This document shows positions 34,607 through 45,427 of a stretch of 64,000 bases of DNA, piece after piece. A model generated the notes under the pieces. The model searched no databases and was not told the DNA's origin. It saw only the letters and a program-made list of their open reading frames with translations. The DNA lies in IMG/VR virus record IMGVR_UViG_3300013000_000010, positions 23,160-87,159 of that record. One strand, 5' to 3'. The position numbers and the translations under genes were made by a program. Origin of the DNA: a virus. How positions within the stretch are numbered: position 1 is the stretch's first letter; every line of letters starts with the position of its first letter.

Positions 34607-37600
34607 TTACGCAAAGCCTGCTGTATACCAGCCACCGTTAATACAATACTGAACACATCGCGCAGTCACGACGTCGATATATGCATCCGAGTTGTCATTC
34701 CTAGCTGAAGTTAAAACGTAGCCGCTCTCTTCAGCAAGACCGGGACCGTTCCAAGATGTTGCCTGTTTAAAACCAGCAAATCTGACGCCCGTAACAAATC
34801 TATTAAGCAAATAATTAGAGAGATATCCACCCCATATAGAACCAGAGAGATTTCCATCCGGATGTATAATTACCGCTCCATTACCGCAGCGTAAGTAGTT
34901 CTGAGCAATCACATCGCCAGCGGAGTTGATGTTGGCGTTTACAGTTAAGTTGCCACCGATGCTCACATTATGGGACATATTAACGTTGCCATTAGTGCCG
35001 CTAAAACTGAACGGTCTGAGGCTGTTATAACCGCCATCGGGATCGTTCTGATTTGTGACGAGCATGTAATAGTTTGCGCCATCGAATCTGTGGATCATAC
35101 CGATGCCGTTACCGCCAGGCGGACGTATACGCAGGCCGTTTGCATCTTCGGTGACAAATCGTCCGTAGGCATAAATCTGATTGGGACTTAAGCGAAATGT
35201 CAGCGCATTATTTGCGTAAAAATCAAGAATGCCATCCCCAGGGCAAACAAAACCTGTATCTGCGTCTCCAATATTGATAGACGCACTGGTGCTTGCAAAA
35301 ACTCCTGTACCCTGATTACCTATGCAAAAACGAGTAGAAGTGAAGATATTGCCGCGAGAATAAATAGCGTCTTCGAAGTGCGCGTCTTTATCTACAACCA
35401 GCTGCCCCTGAATATGCGACTTCGCACCAATATTCAGAAGACCGGCAACAATATTCATTGTTGCCTGACCTATTGTAGTTGCATTTGTCGGGTCAACCAG
35501 AATACGAGCGTCGTAGTCATTTAACTGTGAAGTCGATGAATTGAAGTCAATATATGGATTCGCTGAAATTAGACTGACTTGGTTCCTGAACTCCGCAAAT
35601 CCTTTAACTCGTAGCGAGTCAGTTACTTCTGCTGTCCCTCTAACAGACAGTGTCACGTAGCTATCTGGAATGCTTATATCCGTACCGCCAATGATCGTCT
35701 GACCGCGCATGTAATTTGGCGCGGTTCCCTGCATAAACAGGTTCCAGCGGCTTAATCCACTGCGTGCTGTCTGACGGCCTTCAAAAGCATAGGCTGTTGC
35801 AATACTGGCACTCGCTTTGTCATAAGAGCGGAAGGAGGTCAAAAGCGAGACTGCCGCATTGGTGTTTACAACACTGCTGTTGCCCCAGAACTCTACCAGG
35901 TCAGCTACGATCTGCCCGGTATTACCATCACCTACTGATAATTCTACCCCGAAGCCAATACCGAGCGTTTTTGCGTCTGCGCCAATATTTGCATAAGCCA
36001 TTGCAGCAATTTGCGTCGAACCGGACATATTGCCTTTGCCGGGTGCTGAGTTCCCGATTGTCAGCATGCGGCCTGTGCTGTCACTCCCGCCGCCAAGTGC
36101 AAGGTGGCCTTTGTCGCTGAAAAGCGCGATATTCTGGTTCCATGTTACGCCGTTGTTCCGGTTATCCACATCAAGGCGCAGGCTGCTACCCTCGCCTCTC
36201 AGGCGGAAGCCCGCTGCGTCTGCGTCACGATCGATGAGGGTGACAGTAGGTGCAAAGCTGTTAACTGTTATCCCCTGAGTGCCGTCACTGCTGCTGCCCG
36301 TCACCACCAGCGCGGCATTGGTCAGATCGCCTACCGCTGTTGCCCCCTTCGCAAGCACATTTACCGGGCCAGTAAAGTCAGCGCCCCTATTTACCGTAAG
36401 GTTGCCGCCGACAACCGCGTTGTTCAGGAGATTCATTGTCGAAACGTTGGTTTCGCCCGTACCGTCACCTGACAGGGTGAGCCATGTACTCGTGATTGAG
36501 TTCCCCCAGGTAACGGCATCGTTACTGTCCTTGGACTGGCCGAAATACCAGTGCAGCGTGTCATCTGACTTTTTGCCGCGCAGATAGTAGGCTTTATCTT
36601 TGGTTTTGGGCTTCAGCTGCAGCGTAGTTGCGTCAGCGGCAAAGAGTCCGGCGCCATCCGACGACAGGCCTCCGCCACCGGTGATAGCCAGTCCTCCAGC
36701 CCCCTGCAGCGTTGCAGAGCCATTCCCGCTGTCCAGCCAGAGCCGTGCAGTGACATTGCCGCTGACTGCGCGCGCATCGAGGATAGTTTTACCGCCGCCA
36801 TGACTCATGTTACTGACGGTCAAGCCACCCAGCGCCCTGCCGTTCCACTCGTCGTCCGTGGCTGAAGCCAGGCGACCATAGATATTAAAAATGCTGGTTT
36901 CACTGGCAGGCGCAACGCCATCAACCTGATCGGTGCGGACAAACGTCATGTACGCAGGGTATGGCGTTGAACGGATTACCCCAAATCGGTATCCGGCCCG
37001 GACCTCAGAGCCTACCGTCAGATCCTTTGACAGCGTTAATTTATCAGTGTTGATATTGGTCAGCTTACTGGTGCTGGTTATATCGTTATTATCGCCCGCC
37101 TTTGCTGCGCCTGCCTTGACCAGATCGGCTAGTGTCATGCTGGCGCTGTCCATGACCTTTCGCCAGCCGTTGTTGTCCGCGCCAGCTGACTGCCCGGACC
37201 ACGCCCAGTCGCCTGAAACTTTGGCGGCCAGTCGCAGATACATTACACCACCCTGCGCCACCAGCAGCTGCAGGAGTGCAGCGTCGGCATCATATTTTCG
37301 GCGCATATTGAATAGCTGGCCGCGCAGCGTCTGCGTGGTTTTGCCAAAATCAATCGGGCCATCACTGAAGGTCCCGCTCAGCGTCCAGAAGGCATTCTGC
37401 TCAGTAACTGATACATCGGCCAGTAAGGTGATTTTGCTGTCGAGTACCAGTGACGGCGCGCCTACTCCAAATGCACCTACGGCCATCAGCGCACCTGGCG
37501 TCATATCCAGAGGGCTGTTCTGCTGATCTGCCTGTGCGGCGGAACCGAGGCCGAGGTGATTACGGGCCTCTGATACGTCAGGCAGATCACCCAAATTCTC

Positions 37601-38323
37601 ACTGGCGACAAGCTGCTTCTCATTGACCAGCTGATCCAGCTCGATGTTTTTACGGAACATCGCTTTGTCGTGAATATCCGAGCCATTATTGGCAATGACC
37701 ATGTTGTTATCGATCATGCCTTTGAGGATTTTCAGCCCTTTCAGGTTGGCCGCAATCAGCTCATCATCGCTGGTGTAAATCGAATCCAGCGTGATACCGA
37801 CCTGCCGGTTGATACGGTAGTTGGTGACGATCATCGCCTGCGTAACTTGCGTGGTACCGGTTGGCACCAGTACGCGGCAGAGCTCCAGCTGGTTCGGCAT
37901 CAGCGCAACTGAGATATCCTGGGCAAAGACGCGTGCGGCCTCAACTGTGGAGGTGATATCTACCTGATCTGTCTTCACTCCCGGCTTATAGTTTGCTTCC
38001 AGCACGATACGGGTAGTTTTGCCCGCTAGGACCGGCAACGTCAGATCGGCCAGGTGCTGCACGGTGATCTGGTGTGCGTTTACGTCGATTGAGGCCGCGC
38101 CCTGCCCACCTTCCGCCCCTTTTGAGGTAACGATAACGTTCAGCCCGGAACCGGCGACCGGCGAGAAGCCCAGGTAAAAGCCGGATCGCACTATGCCTTT
38201 CAGTTTTCGGTTCAGCGCGGAACTGGTGTAGGTCTCCAGATACTGCATATCGGCCGACAATGGCGCGGTGCCATAAGCCTTCCCCGCCATAACGCCGATA
38301 TCGGTAATTTCATTACTGCTCAT
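34607..38323 (-). CDS. S: Tail fibre (P1 gpS-type N-terminus)
   Basis: N-terminal ADMQYLETYTSSALNRKLKGIV matches P1 Sc; fibre repeats; C-terminal VQYCINGGWYT tip. Confidence 0.9.
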   Translation of the reverse strand: MSSNEITDIGVMAGKAYGTAPLSADMQYLETYTSSALNRKLKGIVRSGFYLGFSPVAGSGLNVIVTSKGAEGGQGAASIDVNAHQITVQHLADLTLPVLAGKTTRIVLEANYKPGVKTDQVDITSTVEAARVFAQDISVALMPNQLELCRVLVPTGTTQVTQAMIVTNYRINRQVGITLDSIYTSDDELIAANLKGLKILKGMIDNNMVIANNGSDIHDKAMFRKNIELDQLVNEKQLVASENLGDLPDVSEARNHLGLGSAAQADQQNSPLDMTPGALMAVGAFGVGAPSLVLDSKITLLADVSVTEQNAFWTLSGTFSDGPIDFGKTTQTLRGQLFNMRRKYDADAALLQLLVAQGGVMYLRLAAKVSGDWAWSGQSAGADNNGWRKVMDSASMTLADLVKAGAAKAGDNNDITSTSKLTNINTDKLTLSKDLTVGSEVRAGYRFGVIRSTPYPAYMTFVRTDQVDGVAPASETSIFNIYGRLASATDDEWNGRALGGLTVSNMSHGGGKTILDARAVSGNVTARLWLDSGNGSATLQGAGGLAITGGGGLSSDGAGLFAADATTLQLKPKTKDKAYYLRGKKSDDTLHWYFGQSKDSNDAVTWGNSITSTWLTLSGDGTGETNVSTMNLLNNAVVGGNLTVNRGADFTGPVNVLAKGATAVGDLTNAALVVTGSSSDGTQGITVNSFAPTVTLIDRDADAAGFRLRGEGSSLRLDVDNRNNGVTWNQNIALFSDKGHLALGGGSDSTGRMLTIGNSAPGKGNMSGSTQIAAMAYANIGADAKTLGIGFGVELSVGDGNTGQIVADLVEFWGNSSVVNTNAAVSLLTSFRSYDKASASIATAYAFEGRQTARSGLSRWNLFMQGTAPNYMRGQTIIGGTDISIPDSYVTLSVRGTAEVTDSLRVKGFAEFRNQVSLISANPYIDFNSSTSQLNDYDARILVDPTNATTIGQATMNIVAGLLNIGAKSHIQGQLVVDKDAHFEDAIYSRGNIFTSTRFCIGNQGTGVFASTSASINIGDADTGFVCPGDGILDFYANNALTFRLSPNQIYAYGRFVTEDANGLRIRPPGGNGIGMIHRFDGANYYMLVTNQNDPDGGYNSLRPFSFSGTNGNVNMSHNVSIGGNLTVNANINSAGDVIAQNYLRCGNGAVIIHPDGNLSGSIWGGYLSNYLLNRFVTGVRFAGFKQATSWNGPGLAEESGYVLTSARNDNSDAYIDVVTARCVQYCINGGWYTAGFA

Positions 38324-38328
38324 GTGCG

Positions 38329-38772
38329 TTACGCCGTTTTCTGTTCGATGGTGACGATAAGACGGTAGGCCTTACCACGGAATACGGTGTCCTGCTGCAG
38401 GCACAGCACGGCAAAGGCGTTGCCGTCAGCGTCCACCAGCGTCAGCGTATTGAGGTCATAGGCTTTGCCTTCCGGAAGAATGGCTTCATCCAGCTGAATG
38501 GTGATCGAGATATCCGCGCCGGTGCTGGTGAGAACCAGAGGCGTTTCAGTGAATTTACCGGTCAGGTTGTCGTTGCTGAACGTGGAGGGAATATCCGCGA
38601 TGTTCCAGCCGCCAGCGGCGTTACTGCTTACCAGCGTGGACTTACCCCAGTAGGCTTTCACCATCTGGAATCGGGATCCCTTACCGATAGAGGATTCAGC
38701 GCGACGGATGTAGTAGTAATCCAGCAGCTTCGCTTTAAACAGCTTGCTGCTGACAGAGATAGTATCAGCCAT
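38329..38772 (-). CDS. R: Tail fibre adaptor gpR
   Basis: 147 aa between 16 and S. Confidence 0.7.
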   Translation of the reverse strand: MADTISVSSKLFKAKLLDYYYIRRAESSIGKGSRFQMVKAYWGKSTLVSSNAAGGWNIADIPSTFSNDNLTGKFTETPLVLTSTGADISITIQLDEAILPEGKAYDLNTLTLVDADGNAFAVLCLQQDTVFRGKAYRLIVTIEQKTA

Positions 38773-38803
38773 AAAAAAGCCTCTCAGAGTTAAGAGGCCA
38801 GAG

Positions 38804-38822
38804 GGTATGGAGTTTGTAAAAT
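38804..38822 (-). promoter_or_regulatory. Late-promoter motif upstream of R-S
   Basis: ATTTTACAAACTCCATACC. Confidence 0.65.
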
Positions 38823-38833
38823 CCGATGGTCAA

Positions 38834-39925
38834 CTACGCGACAAATTGCTCATAAAAAAGCGTGGCGATCGTGCTGGTGCCGTTGCCGTCGTCGGGCAGC
38901 GCCAGGACAAACTCTGGTGTCCCGTCAAACGGAAACGCCATTGTGACGCTGCTGCCGTCCGTGCTGGTGGCTGTAACGCCCTGACAGCTACCCTTCTGAA
39001 TGCCAATGTACTGCACGCCACCTTCGGTGAATAACCGGGCGCGGCTGTCAGTGGCAGCACTGGCAATATCAATGGGTGCTGGCGCTGCGTCCGGCCTGGC
39101 GCGGTAGTCATTCGTCCAGGCATCAGCGGCAAACATGTCGTAGCGTTCGCAGCGCCTTACCTGCCGCAGTGGCACTGCGGGAATATCAAACTGCTGCTGT
39201 GTGGCCATGTGCAGATTTTTGATCTCAGACTGAAGATCGGCGTATGACATTTTTGCCTGATAGTCGATACCGGCACTGATGAGCGTGATGTTCTCAGCAT
39301 CAGCACTCATTTCAAACGAGATGAAGAGCGCCAAGCCGTCAAACACAATGTGAAGCGGCAGCAGCGGCGCAATGATACGGTCAAACTGCGTCAGCAGCTT
39401 CTGCACTGCCTGATCCTGCTCCATGTAGCCATACCGCTCGTACAGCTCATTCAGCGCCACCGAGATCTGCGCCCGTGACGTCAGGAAAAACTCGCCATAT
39501 TTCGCTTCGGCAATCGCCAGGCCCTCTTTTGTGGTGAAGAAGGTGCCATAAGGTGCCAGCTCCTGATCCACGGGCGCATACAGCTCCTGCCAGCTGACCG
39601 GCAGGTTATCAAACTCACGCCAGAACGTTGAGGTGATCGGCTTATCGGTGCCTTTAAAATGCACTTCGTCCAGGCGTTGCGCCAGCAGTACGGGCCTGCT
39701 TGTGTCCGTGGTTTCAGCCACAATGAAGAAGCGGCCATATTCGCCCATGCGCAGCGTCAGATCGTCCTTATCCATTGTGTAATAGCTTTTGCGGTTGGTA
39801 ATGCGCTCCAGAATCGGCTCGATCGTATCCTCAAAAATACTCTGGAGGACGTTAGCGAACCCCGACCATAATTCAGAGCTCTGCTTTTCCGGTGTAAGAC
39901 GGTCTTTTACCCAGTTTCTGATCAT
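38834..39925 (-). CDS. Baseplate wedge protein gp16-like
   Basis: 363 aa; synteny; PLLPLHI motif. Confidence 0.7.
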   Translation of the reverse strand: MIRNWVKDRLTPEKQSSELWSGFANVLQSIFEDTIEPILERITNRKSYYTMDKDDLTLRMGEYGRFFIVAETTDTSRPVLLAQRLDEVHFKGTDKPITSTFWREFDNLPVSWQELYAPVDQELAPYGTFFTTKEGLAIAEAKYGEFFLTSRAQISVALNELYERYGYMEQDQAVQKLLTQFDRIIAPLLPLHIVFDGLALFISFEMSADAENITLISAGIDYQAKMSYADLQSEIKNLHMATQQQFDIPAVPLRQVRRCERYDMFAADAWTNDYRARPDAAPAPIDIASAATDSRARLFTEGGVQYIGIQKGSCQGVTATSTDGSSVTMAFPFDGTPEFVLALPDDGNGTSTIATLFYEQFVA

Positions 39926-39934
39926 GACCGTGCC

Positions 39935-41368
39935 TTACAGGTAGTTAAAATCAAACGTGGAGTCAGCCACATTGAGATAGATAAAATCATTCAGCTGCAG
40001 AGCCGTTTTCATGTTGTGTGGCGTCAGTTGATAAGAGATAAACAGGTTGAGCTCTTCAATGACGCGCCACAGGTCTTTAACCTGCACCTGCGGGAAGTGT
40101 TTACCGGCATCTACCCCATTCTGATCGCTGTCGCCAAATGTCGTTGCATCGCGCCCAAATTGGGCTTCCAGCGCCTCCTGAACGGCTTTCAGTGCATCAG
40201 AGAGGATGACGTTCTTTTTCGCCAGCGCAGTCAGGGAGATCGTGAATGGTTCTTCATTTGTCTGGACGTAGCGAAAGTTCTTATTGATCTCATTCGGAAT
40301 TGCCGTGACAGCGGTCATGATCATAGTTTCGAGCTCAGCCTGGGTGTAACCCGGCTTATGCCCGCAAAAGAAAATCGTATTAATGTTGCTCAGCGACTTA
40401 ACGCCGGTTGAAAGCTCCTGCTCTTGCTCACCCCAAGCGCTGATCCAAGACATACCCGGTACAGCGCCTTTCAGGAAGTACTTATAGTCGCCACCCCACA
40501 CAACCTGTTCGTCATACGCTACGTAGTACTGTGCCCGGTTGCGCGTTTCCTCCGTGCTTTCAAAGCCACTGCCGCCCGTAATAGGCGTCATGGTCATGAC
40601 TTCAATCTTACTGTTCATATCGGCAATATTGCCCGCTGGCGTCAGCTTCTGGCCCTGTGTCAGCGTGGTGTCGCCCCGGCTACACCATACATCTAGATCA
40701 ACCTTACTGCCGGTCTTCGGCATCTTGCCGATCGCGCCGTCACCAAAACGCACGCCCAGCTGTTCAGACGGCTTATAAACCAGCACGTAATGCTGGCTGG
40801 TGCCGCGAGAAAGACGGAACAGCGGGTTATTTTCCCATCGGGATTTATTTTCGTTCTCCGTCACAAACACGTCCATTGAGACGGTTTCCTCCGTGATATC
40901 ACGCGGCAGCATTACCGTATAAAACGGCGCTTCGGCGTCGATTGCGGAGGACACGTTGACGTGCTCCATCTGGCGGACGTCGTTCACAATAACACTGCCA
41001 CCAGCAGGGATAATCACCACGTCGGTTGTGACATAGGGCAGCTGCGCATTCGACAGGAACTCTGCATAGATTGGCAGCTGAATGACTTCATCCGTTTTAT
41101 TGGTGATCTTCACACTGCCCCACGACGGCGTGATCAAGTGGCCGAGATAGTTACGGTCTTCGGCTGCGGCCAGAATGCTCGACCGCTTCGTCGCCGTGGA
41201 GATAAAGCCCTCCGTGAGGCCGCGCTCAGCGGTGGTTTGTGCAGCGTAGATGATCTGTGCGCCAAACACAGCCATCATCTGAATGAACTGGCTGTTGGTA
41301 AACTTTCTCCACCAGCTGTTCGCCTGCAACTTGCCGTTAAAATTCTCCAGTAATTCTCCAATACTCAC
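39935..41368 (-). CDS. bplA: Baseplate wedge protein (gpJ-like)
   Basis: 477 aa; VRFGDG..G and GGSGFESTEETR motifs. Confidence 0.85.
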   Translation of the reverse strand: MSIGELLENFNGKLQANSWWRKFTNSQFIQMMAVFGAQIIYAAQTTAERGLTEGFISTATKRSSILAAAEDRNYLGHLITPSWGSVKITNKTDEVIQLPIYAEFLSNAQLPYVTTDVVIIPAGGSVIVNDVRQMEHVNVSSAIDAEAPFYTVMLPRDITEETVSMDVFVTENENKSRWENNPLFRLSRGTSQHYVLVYKPSEQLGVRFGDGAIGKMPKTGSKVDLDVWCSRGDTTLTQGQKLTPAGNIADMNSKIEVMTMTPITGGSGFESTEETRNRAQYYVAYDEQVVWGGDYKYFLKGAVPGMSWISAWGEQEQELSTGVKSLSNINTIFFCGHKPGYTQAELETMIMTAVTAIPNEINKNFRYVQTNEEPFTISLTALAKKNVILSDALKAVQEALEAQFGRDATTFGDSDQNGVDAGKHFPQVQVKDLWRVIEELNLFISYQLTPHNMKTALQLNDFIYLNVADSTFDFNYL

Positions 41369-41380
41369 AATTTCCCCCGG

Positions 41381-41740
41381 TTAACTTTTGTTCATGGATA
41401 CGCCCAGCGGGCCGTATGACGTGATGAATGTGATTTGCCATGTATCGACGTTTTGCGGCGCGCAGCGGATAGCACGCAGCCCCAGCCCTGGCAGATCGAT
41501 ACGCAGCTTGCGGATCAGCGCGGCCTCAATAGCCACTTCGGTTAAATGGCCGGTTTCAGAGCCGACCGGTTCATGTTTGTAGTCCTGCATGGTGTTGCCC
41601 CATCCGGGCAGACCGTAAACGCTACCCTGCGGCGTTCTCAGCCATTCCTCCAGTCGGGCAAGCCAGGCGTCTGACTCCCCCGCTTTCACCACCACCCCGC
41701 CCTGATCTACGCGCATCAGGCAGTCGATTTCGTTTTGCAT
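41381..41740 (-). CDS. pmgA: Baseplate gp25/gpW-like protein
   Basis: 119 aa; WLRTPQGSVYGLPGWG. Confidence 0.7.
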   Translation of the reverse strand: MQNEIDCLMRVDQGGVVVKAGESDAWLARLEEWLRTPQGSVYGLPGWGNTMQDYKHEPVGSETGHLTEVAIEAALIRKLRIDLPGLGLRAIRCAPQNVDTWQITFITSYGPLGVSMNKS

Positions 41741-41743
41741 GTT

Positions 41744-44700
41744 TTAGTCCTGCAGGAGTTCGTTGAGAGCCGGGTCATTGATGCTCAGGGTTGATGACGT
41801 GCGGGGAGCCGGTTGCGCCGTGTTGACCACTTTGTCCGGCGCGGTATCGCTTTTCTTCTTCGTGACGCCCAGTAGTGCCTCCAGCTGGGTGCGCATGCCT
41901 TTCAGCTCTTTGAGCATGTCCTGATCGTGACTGTTGGTGTCACCGCTCATCATCGGACGCATACCGCTGCGCGGGAGATCAGTCACATTCTGGATCTGCG
42001 TAGGGTGATTCAGCAGAGGCTGCTGTAGAGGCCTTGTCTGCGCCGCACTGGCTCCGCTCAGGTATGATTTACCGGCGCTGGTCAGCGACTCAATGCCACT
42101 GTCGAGCCAGCCGCCAGCCTTACTTGTAAGCGGTGCAATGGCACGGAGCATGCCGGGATCGGTAATGCCTGCCTGGTCCAGCACGCTGCTGATCATGTCA
42201 TTGCCGCTGAAGCCACCCAGTGTCTGACTGAATGTGTCACTGATTGCGGGCATGATCGAAGCGCTGACGGCGTTCACTCCGTCCCTTGCACCACCCAGCA
42301 TGCGATCAAACAGGCCGCTGGACTCCGGTGCGGCGGCGGGTGTCCGGGTGCTGGCCACAGTGATCGGTGCATCAGAGGTTGCAGAGCCTGGACGGGCGCG
42401 CACGCTGCCGGTTGAGACGTGAGATACAGTAGCGGGACGTGAGCGGCTGGCAATCTGATCGGGCGCCAGCGCGGCCAGCTGGAGGCCCGCGGGAAGAGAT
42501 TCACCACCAGGCAGGGACAGGCCGCTGGTAGGACGTTTGCGGGACATACCGGCCACGCCCAGGGATTCAGTTGCGCCCTGCACTTTCCCGTCAGCCCACT
42601 CATTCAGGGCTTTGATCTGCCCCCATGCACCTGCTCCAGCGTGTTTAATCTTGTCCGCTGCGCCGTTAGCCGGCTTATCCTTACCGGCTTCTTTTGCTGC
42701 AGCAACCTGCGAGGTCGTGGGCGCTGCCGGGGCCACTGCTGGCGATGCTGCAGGCGCTGGCATGGGTGTGGGAATAGCAGCCGGTGCGGCGGCGGCCACT
42801 GCGCCAGCCGTCAGCTTCACTTTGTCGCCAGCAGAATAGAGTGAGTCCACCGCAATGGGTGCCTGGCCCTGCTTCGCACGCGCTTCATTCACCGACTTAA
42901 GGGATTCGTCACTGAATTTTCCGCCGACCCACTTGCCATTTTCATTGTGGCCAATGGCGTTCATCATGAAGTCGTTCGTGACCTGCGGGTTGCCGCCTTC
43001 GATGGTGGCAATGCCACGCATCATCTGCGTCATGACTTTAGGATCTTTGAGGTCCAGCTGCTGATCGCCACGCACGCCCAGCTTTTTCGATAGTGAGTCC
43101 ACGTACTGTGACGTGTTGTTTTCACTCTCCGGCGCGTACAGCTTGATGATGTCCTGCACGGTATTCAGCTTCTTGTAACCAGCTGCTTTAGAGGTACCTT
43201 CTGAATAACTTGTCAGCTGATTCGCCAGCGCCCTGAATCCTTCCTCTGGCGTGTTGAACTTAGCGAACCGGGCCTCACCTTTACCGTTTTTGGCCTCCAG
43301 GCTTGCGCCCTCCTGCCCCACATAATTCAGGTTGCCAAAGTTGTTGTTGCGGAAGGAACGAACCTTTGCATTTGCGCCACCCACATTGAGATCTGCGCCG
43401 ATGCTGTTTTGCGCCACATCGGCATAATCAGCGGCGTTTTTGCCCTGCGTACCTACGCCGTCTTCGCCCCACTCGCCACCCTGCAGCTGTGTACCGAGGC
43501 GATTTATAGCCGTGACGGTTTTCGTGGTGCCATCAGTGATCGCTTTCGTCTGCTCAGCGCTGGTGCCGGTCAGCTTGTCATAGACGCCCGACGCGCTGGT
43601 TGAGAAGGCGCTGAACATGTCACCCACTTTGCTCAGCCCGGAATCCAGCCCTTTCGCAATGTCGCTGGTATCAAAGGTCAGTGACTTTGCCACGCCGTCC
43701 ATACCCAGCGCTGACGCTCCGGATGCTAGTAACCCGGACGCGCCGGATACCAGCCCGCCCATGTTCAGCACATTTGCTGCGGTGTACTCGCCCTTTTGTC
43801 TGCCGCTGACGGTAGCGCCTTCTTTAAGGCCAAAGGCCCTCTGCTGCCCCGCTGTGTCGTTGTAGCCTTCGTATGCGTCCATGCCAGCGCCGAACACGGT
43901 TCCGACCAGCGGGATCGCTTTAAGAGCCGTTTTACCGGCGAGTTTACCGGCCACTTTTAGCCCGCCTTTTTCTGCGGTCTTCTCCGCTGCGGCTTCCGTG
44001 GTTTTTTCAGCAACTTTTATCCCACCTTTTGCAGCGGTTTTCTCTGCTGCAGCCTGTGTGGCCTTTTCACCTGCTTTAGTCGTTTCACTGCCCGCCACGC
44101 TGCCTGCGGCTATCGTTGCACCGGCTGCAGCCGTCGTCGCTGCTACGCCACCAATCGTTGCCGCTTTTTTGCCGCCTTTGAGAACGCTCAGCGCTTTCGA
44201 CAGCAGGCTTTTCTTTTTCGGCTTAGGCTTGGGTTTAGAGGCATCGGGCTTGCCTTTGCCGTCCGGCAGCAGATCACCGGCTACGTCAGCAACATCAGCA
44301 GCAGTCGAGAGCGCACCGCGTTTACGGCCGCGGCGTTTACGCCTACCGGGGATCAGCGAATCCATGAGCCCGCCAGCTCCTTTCTCCGACACATGCGACA
44401 GCTTTTTAACCTCCTCCCGCACATCGTCCAGGGCATCCACAATGCGATCGTCATTGGCGGCAATCACTTTGGTCTGTTCCTGAGTTACCTGAATGGCTTT
44501 TGCCTGTTGCGTGGATTTAAAGCCATCAGCCGATTTTGGCTTGCCGATCGCTGGTGGCGTTCTGGCTTCGGTTGTCACTGGCGGGTGCGTCAACGGTGGC
44601 TCAATTTTCAGCGCAGCGTTGCCTTCGGTTTTACCCTGCATGAAGTTTTTCAGCGTCACGACGTTCTTTCCAACTGCGGCGGAAATGTCGTACATGCCTT

Positions 44701-45427
44701 TACCCATCATCCATAGCGGACCACCTGCAGCCGTTCCAGCCATGTCTGCGCCGGAAGACATACCATCGCTGTTCGTTTCGGTGGCAGATTCCAGCATGCT
44801 ACTCAGGGAGCGGAAAAATCCCTGCTGCTGTTTTTGCTCAGCGCGGCGCGCATTTTTTTCCTGTGTTTCGGCTGATGCAGCCGCAGAATCACTCCGTGCT
44901 GTAAAGCGCCCACTTGAATCACGCCCGCCAGCGCTCGACTTTCTGGTGTCGAATAAAGATACCTTTTCGGCCTCATAATTCCTTTTTTGTGCTTTATCAG
45001 AGTCTTTTTTAAGGCCATAACCGCCAACAGGAACTAAATTAGCCCCTACAGGTCTTTTCTGTACCTTATTAAAGCCCTTTTCGGTGCTTTTATCATTGCC
45101 CCAGTCGGTTAAACGAACGGAATTGGATTTATATGTCCTTTTTTGGTCTTTAATAAGGCTCTTTTTATTCCTATTTGGTTCCTTGCCAGAGCGGGGTGTT
45201 TTTCTGATGTTCTCGCTATTTTCCGGCTGTACATCATTTTGACCGGCGCTACGACGTGTCAGCGATCGCGTCACAGTCATCCCTGACGCGGCATTATTTC
45301 TGTCGGCGGAGGACGGCTGTTTTGTACCTGTGAGCGCATTGCGAATCAGGGTTAATTGTTTTAGCTCTGCTTCGCTGGCTTTCTGAATTGCATCAATGAT
45401 GCGGGCCTGATCCTGCTGCTTCATCAT
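41744..45427 (-). CDS. sit: Tape measure protein with muralytic-like domain
   Basis: 1227 aa, Ala/Gly-rich; RNNNFGN...FNTPEEG...YAPESENNT. Confidence 0.85.
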   Translation of the reverse strand: MMKQQDQARIIDAIQKASEAELKQLTLIRNALTGTKQPSSADRNNAASGMTVTRSLTRRSAGQNDVQPENSENIRKTPRSGKEPNRNKKSLIKDQKRTYKSNSVRLTDWGNDKSTEKGFNKVQKRPVGANLVPVGGYGLKKDSDKAQKRNYEAEKVSLFDTRKSSAGGRDSSGRFTARSDSAAASAETQEKNARRAEQKQQQGFFRSLSSMLESATETNSDGMSSGADMAGTAAGGPLWMMGKGMYDISAAVGKNVVTLKNFMQGKTEGNAALKIEPPLTHPPVTTEARTPPAIGKPKSADGFKSTQQAKAIQVTQEQTKVIAANDDRIVDALDDVREEVKKLSHVSEKGAGGLMDSLIPGRRKRRGRKRGALSTAADVADVAGDLLPDGKGKPDASKPKPKPKKKSLLSKALSVLKGGKKAATIGGVAATTAAAGATIAAGSVAGSETTKAGEKATQAAAEKTAAKGGIKVAEKTTEAAAEKTAEKGGLKVAGKLAGKTALKAIPLVGTVFGAGMDAYEGYNDTAGQQRAFGLKEGATVSGRQKGEYTAANVLNMGGLVSGASGLLASGASALGMDGVAKSLTFDTSDIAKGLDSGLSKVGDMFSAFSTSASGVYDKLTGTSAEQTKAITDGTTKTVTAINRLGTQLQGGEWGEDGVGTQGKNAADYADVAQNSIGADLNVGGANAKVRSFRNNNFGNLNYVGQEGASLEAKNGKGEARFAKFNTPEEGFRALANQLTSYSEGTSKAAGYKKLNTVQDIIKLYAPESENNTSQYVDSLSKKLGVRGDQQLDLKDPKVMTQMMRGIATIEGGNPQVTNDFMMNAIGHNENGKWVGGKFSDESLKSVNEARAKQGQAPIAVDSLYSAGDKVKLTAGAVAAAAPAAIPTPMPAPAASPAVAPAAPTTSQVAAAKEAGKDKPANGAADKIKHAGAGAWGQIKALNEWADGKVQGATESLGVAGMSRKRPTSGLSLPGGESLPAGLQLAALAPDQIASRSRPATVSHVSTGSVRARPGSATSDAPITVASTRTPAAAPESSGLFDRMLGGARDGVNAVSASIMPAISDTFSQTLGGFSGNDMISSVLDQAGITDPGMLRAIAPLTSKAGGWLDSGIESLTSAGKSYLSGASAAQTRPLQQPLLNHPTQIQNVTDLPRSGMRPMMSGDTNSHDQDMLKELKGMRTQLEALLGVTKKKSDTAPDKVVNTAQPAPRTSSTLSINDPALNELLQD

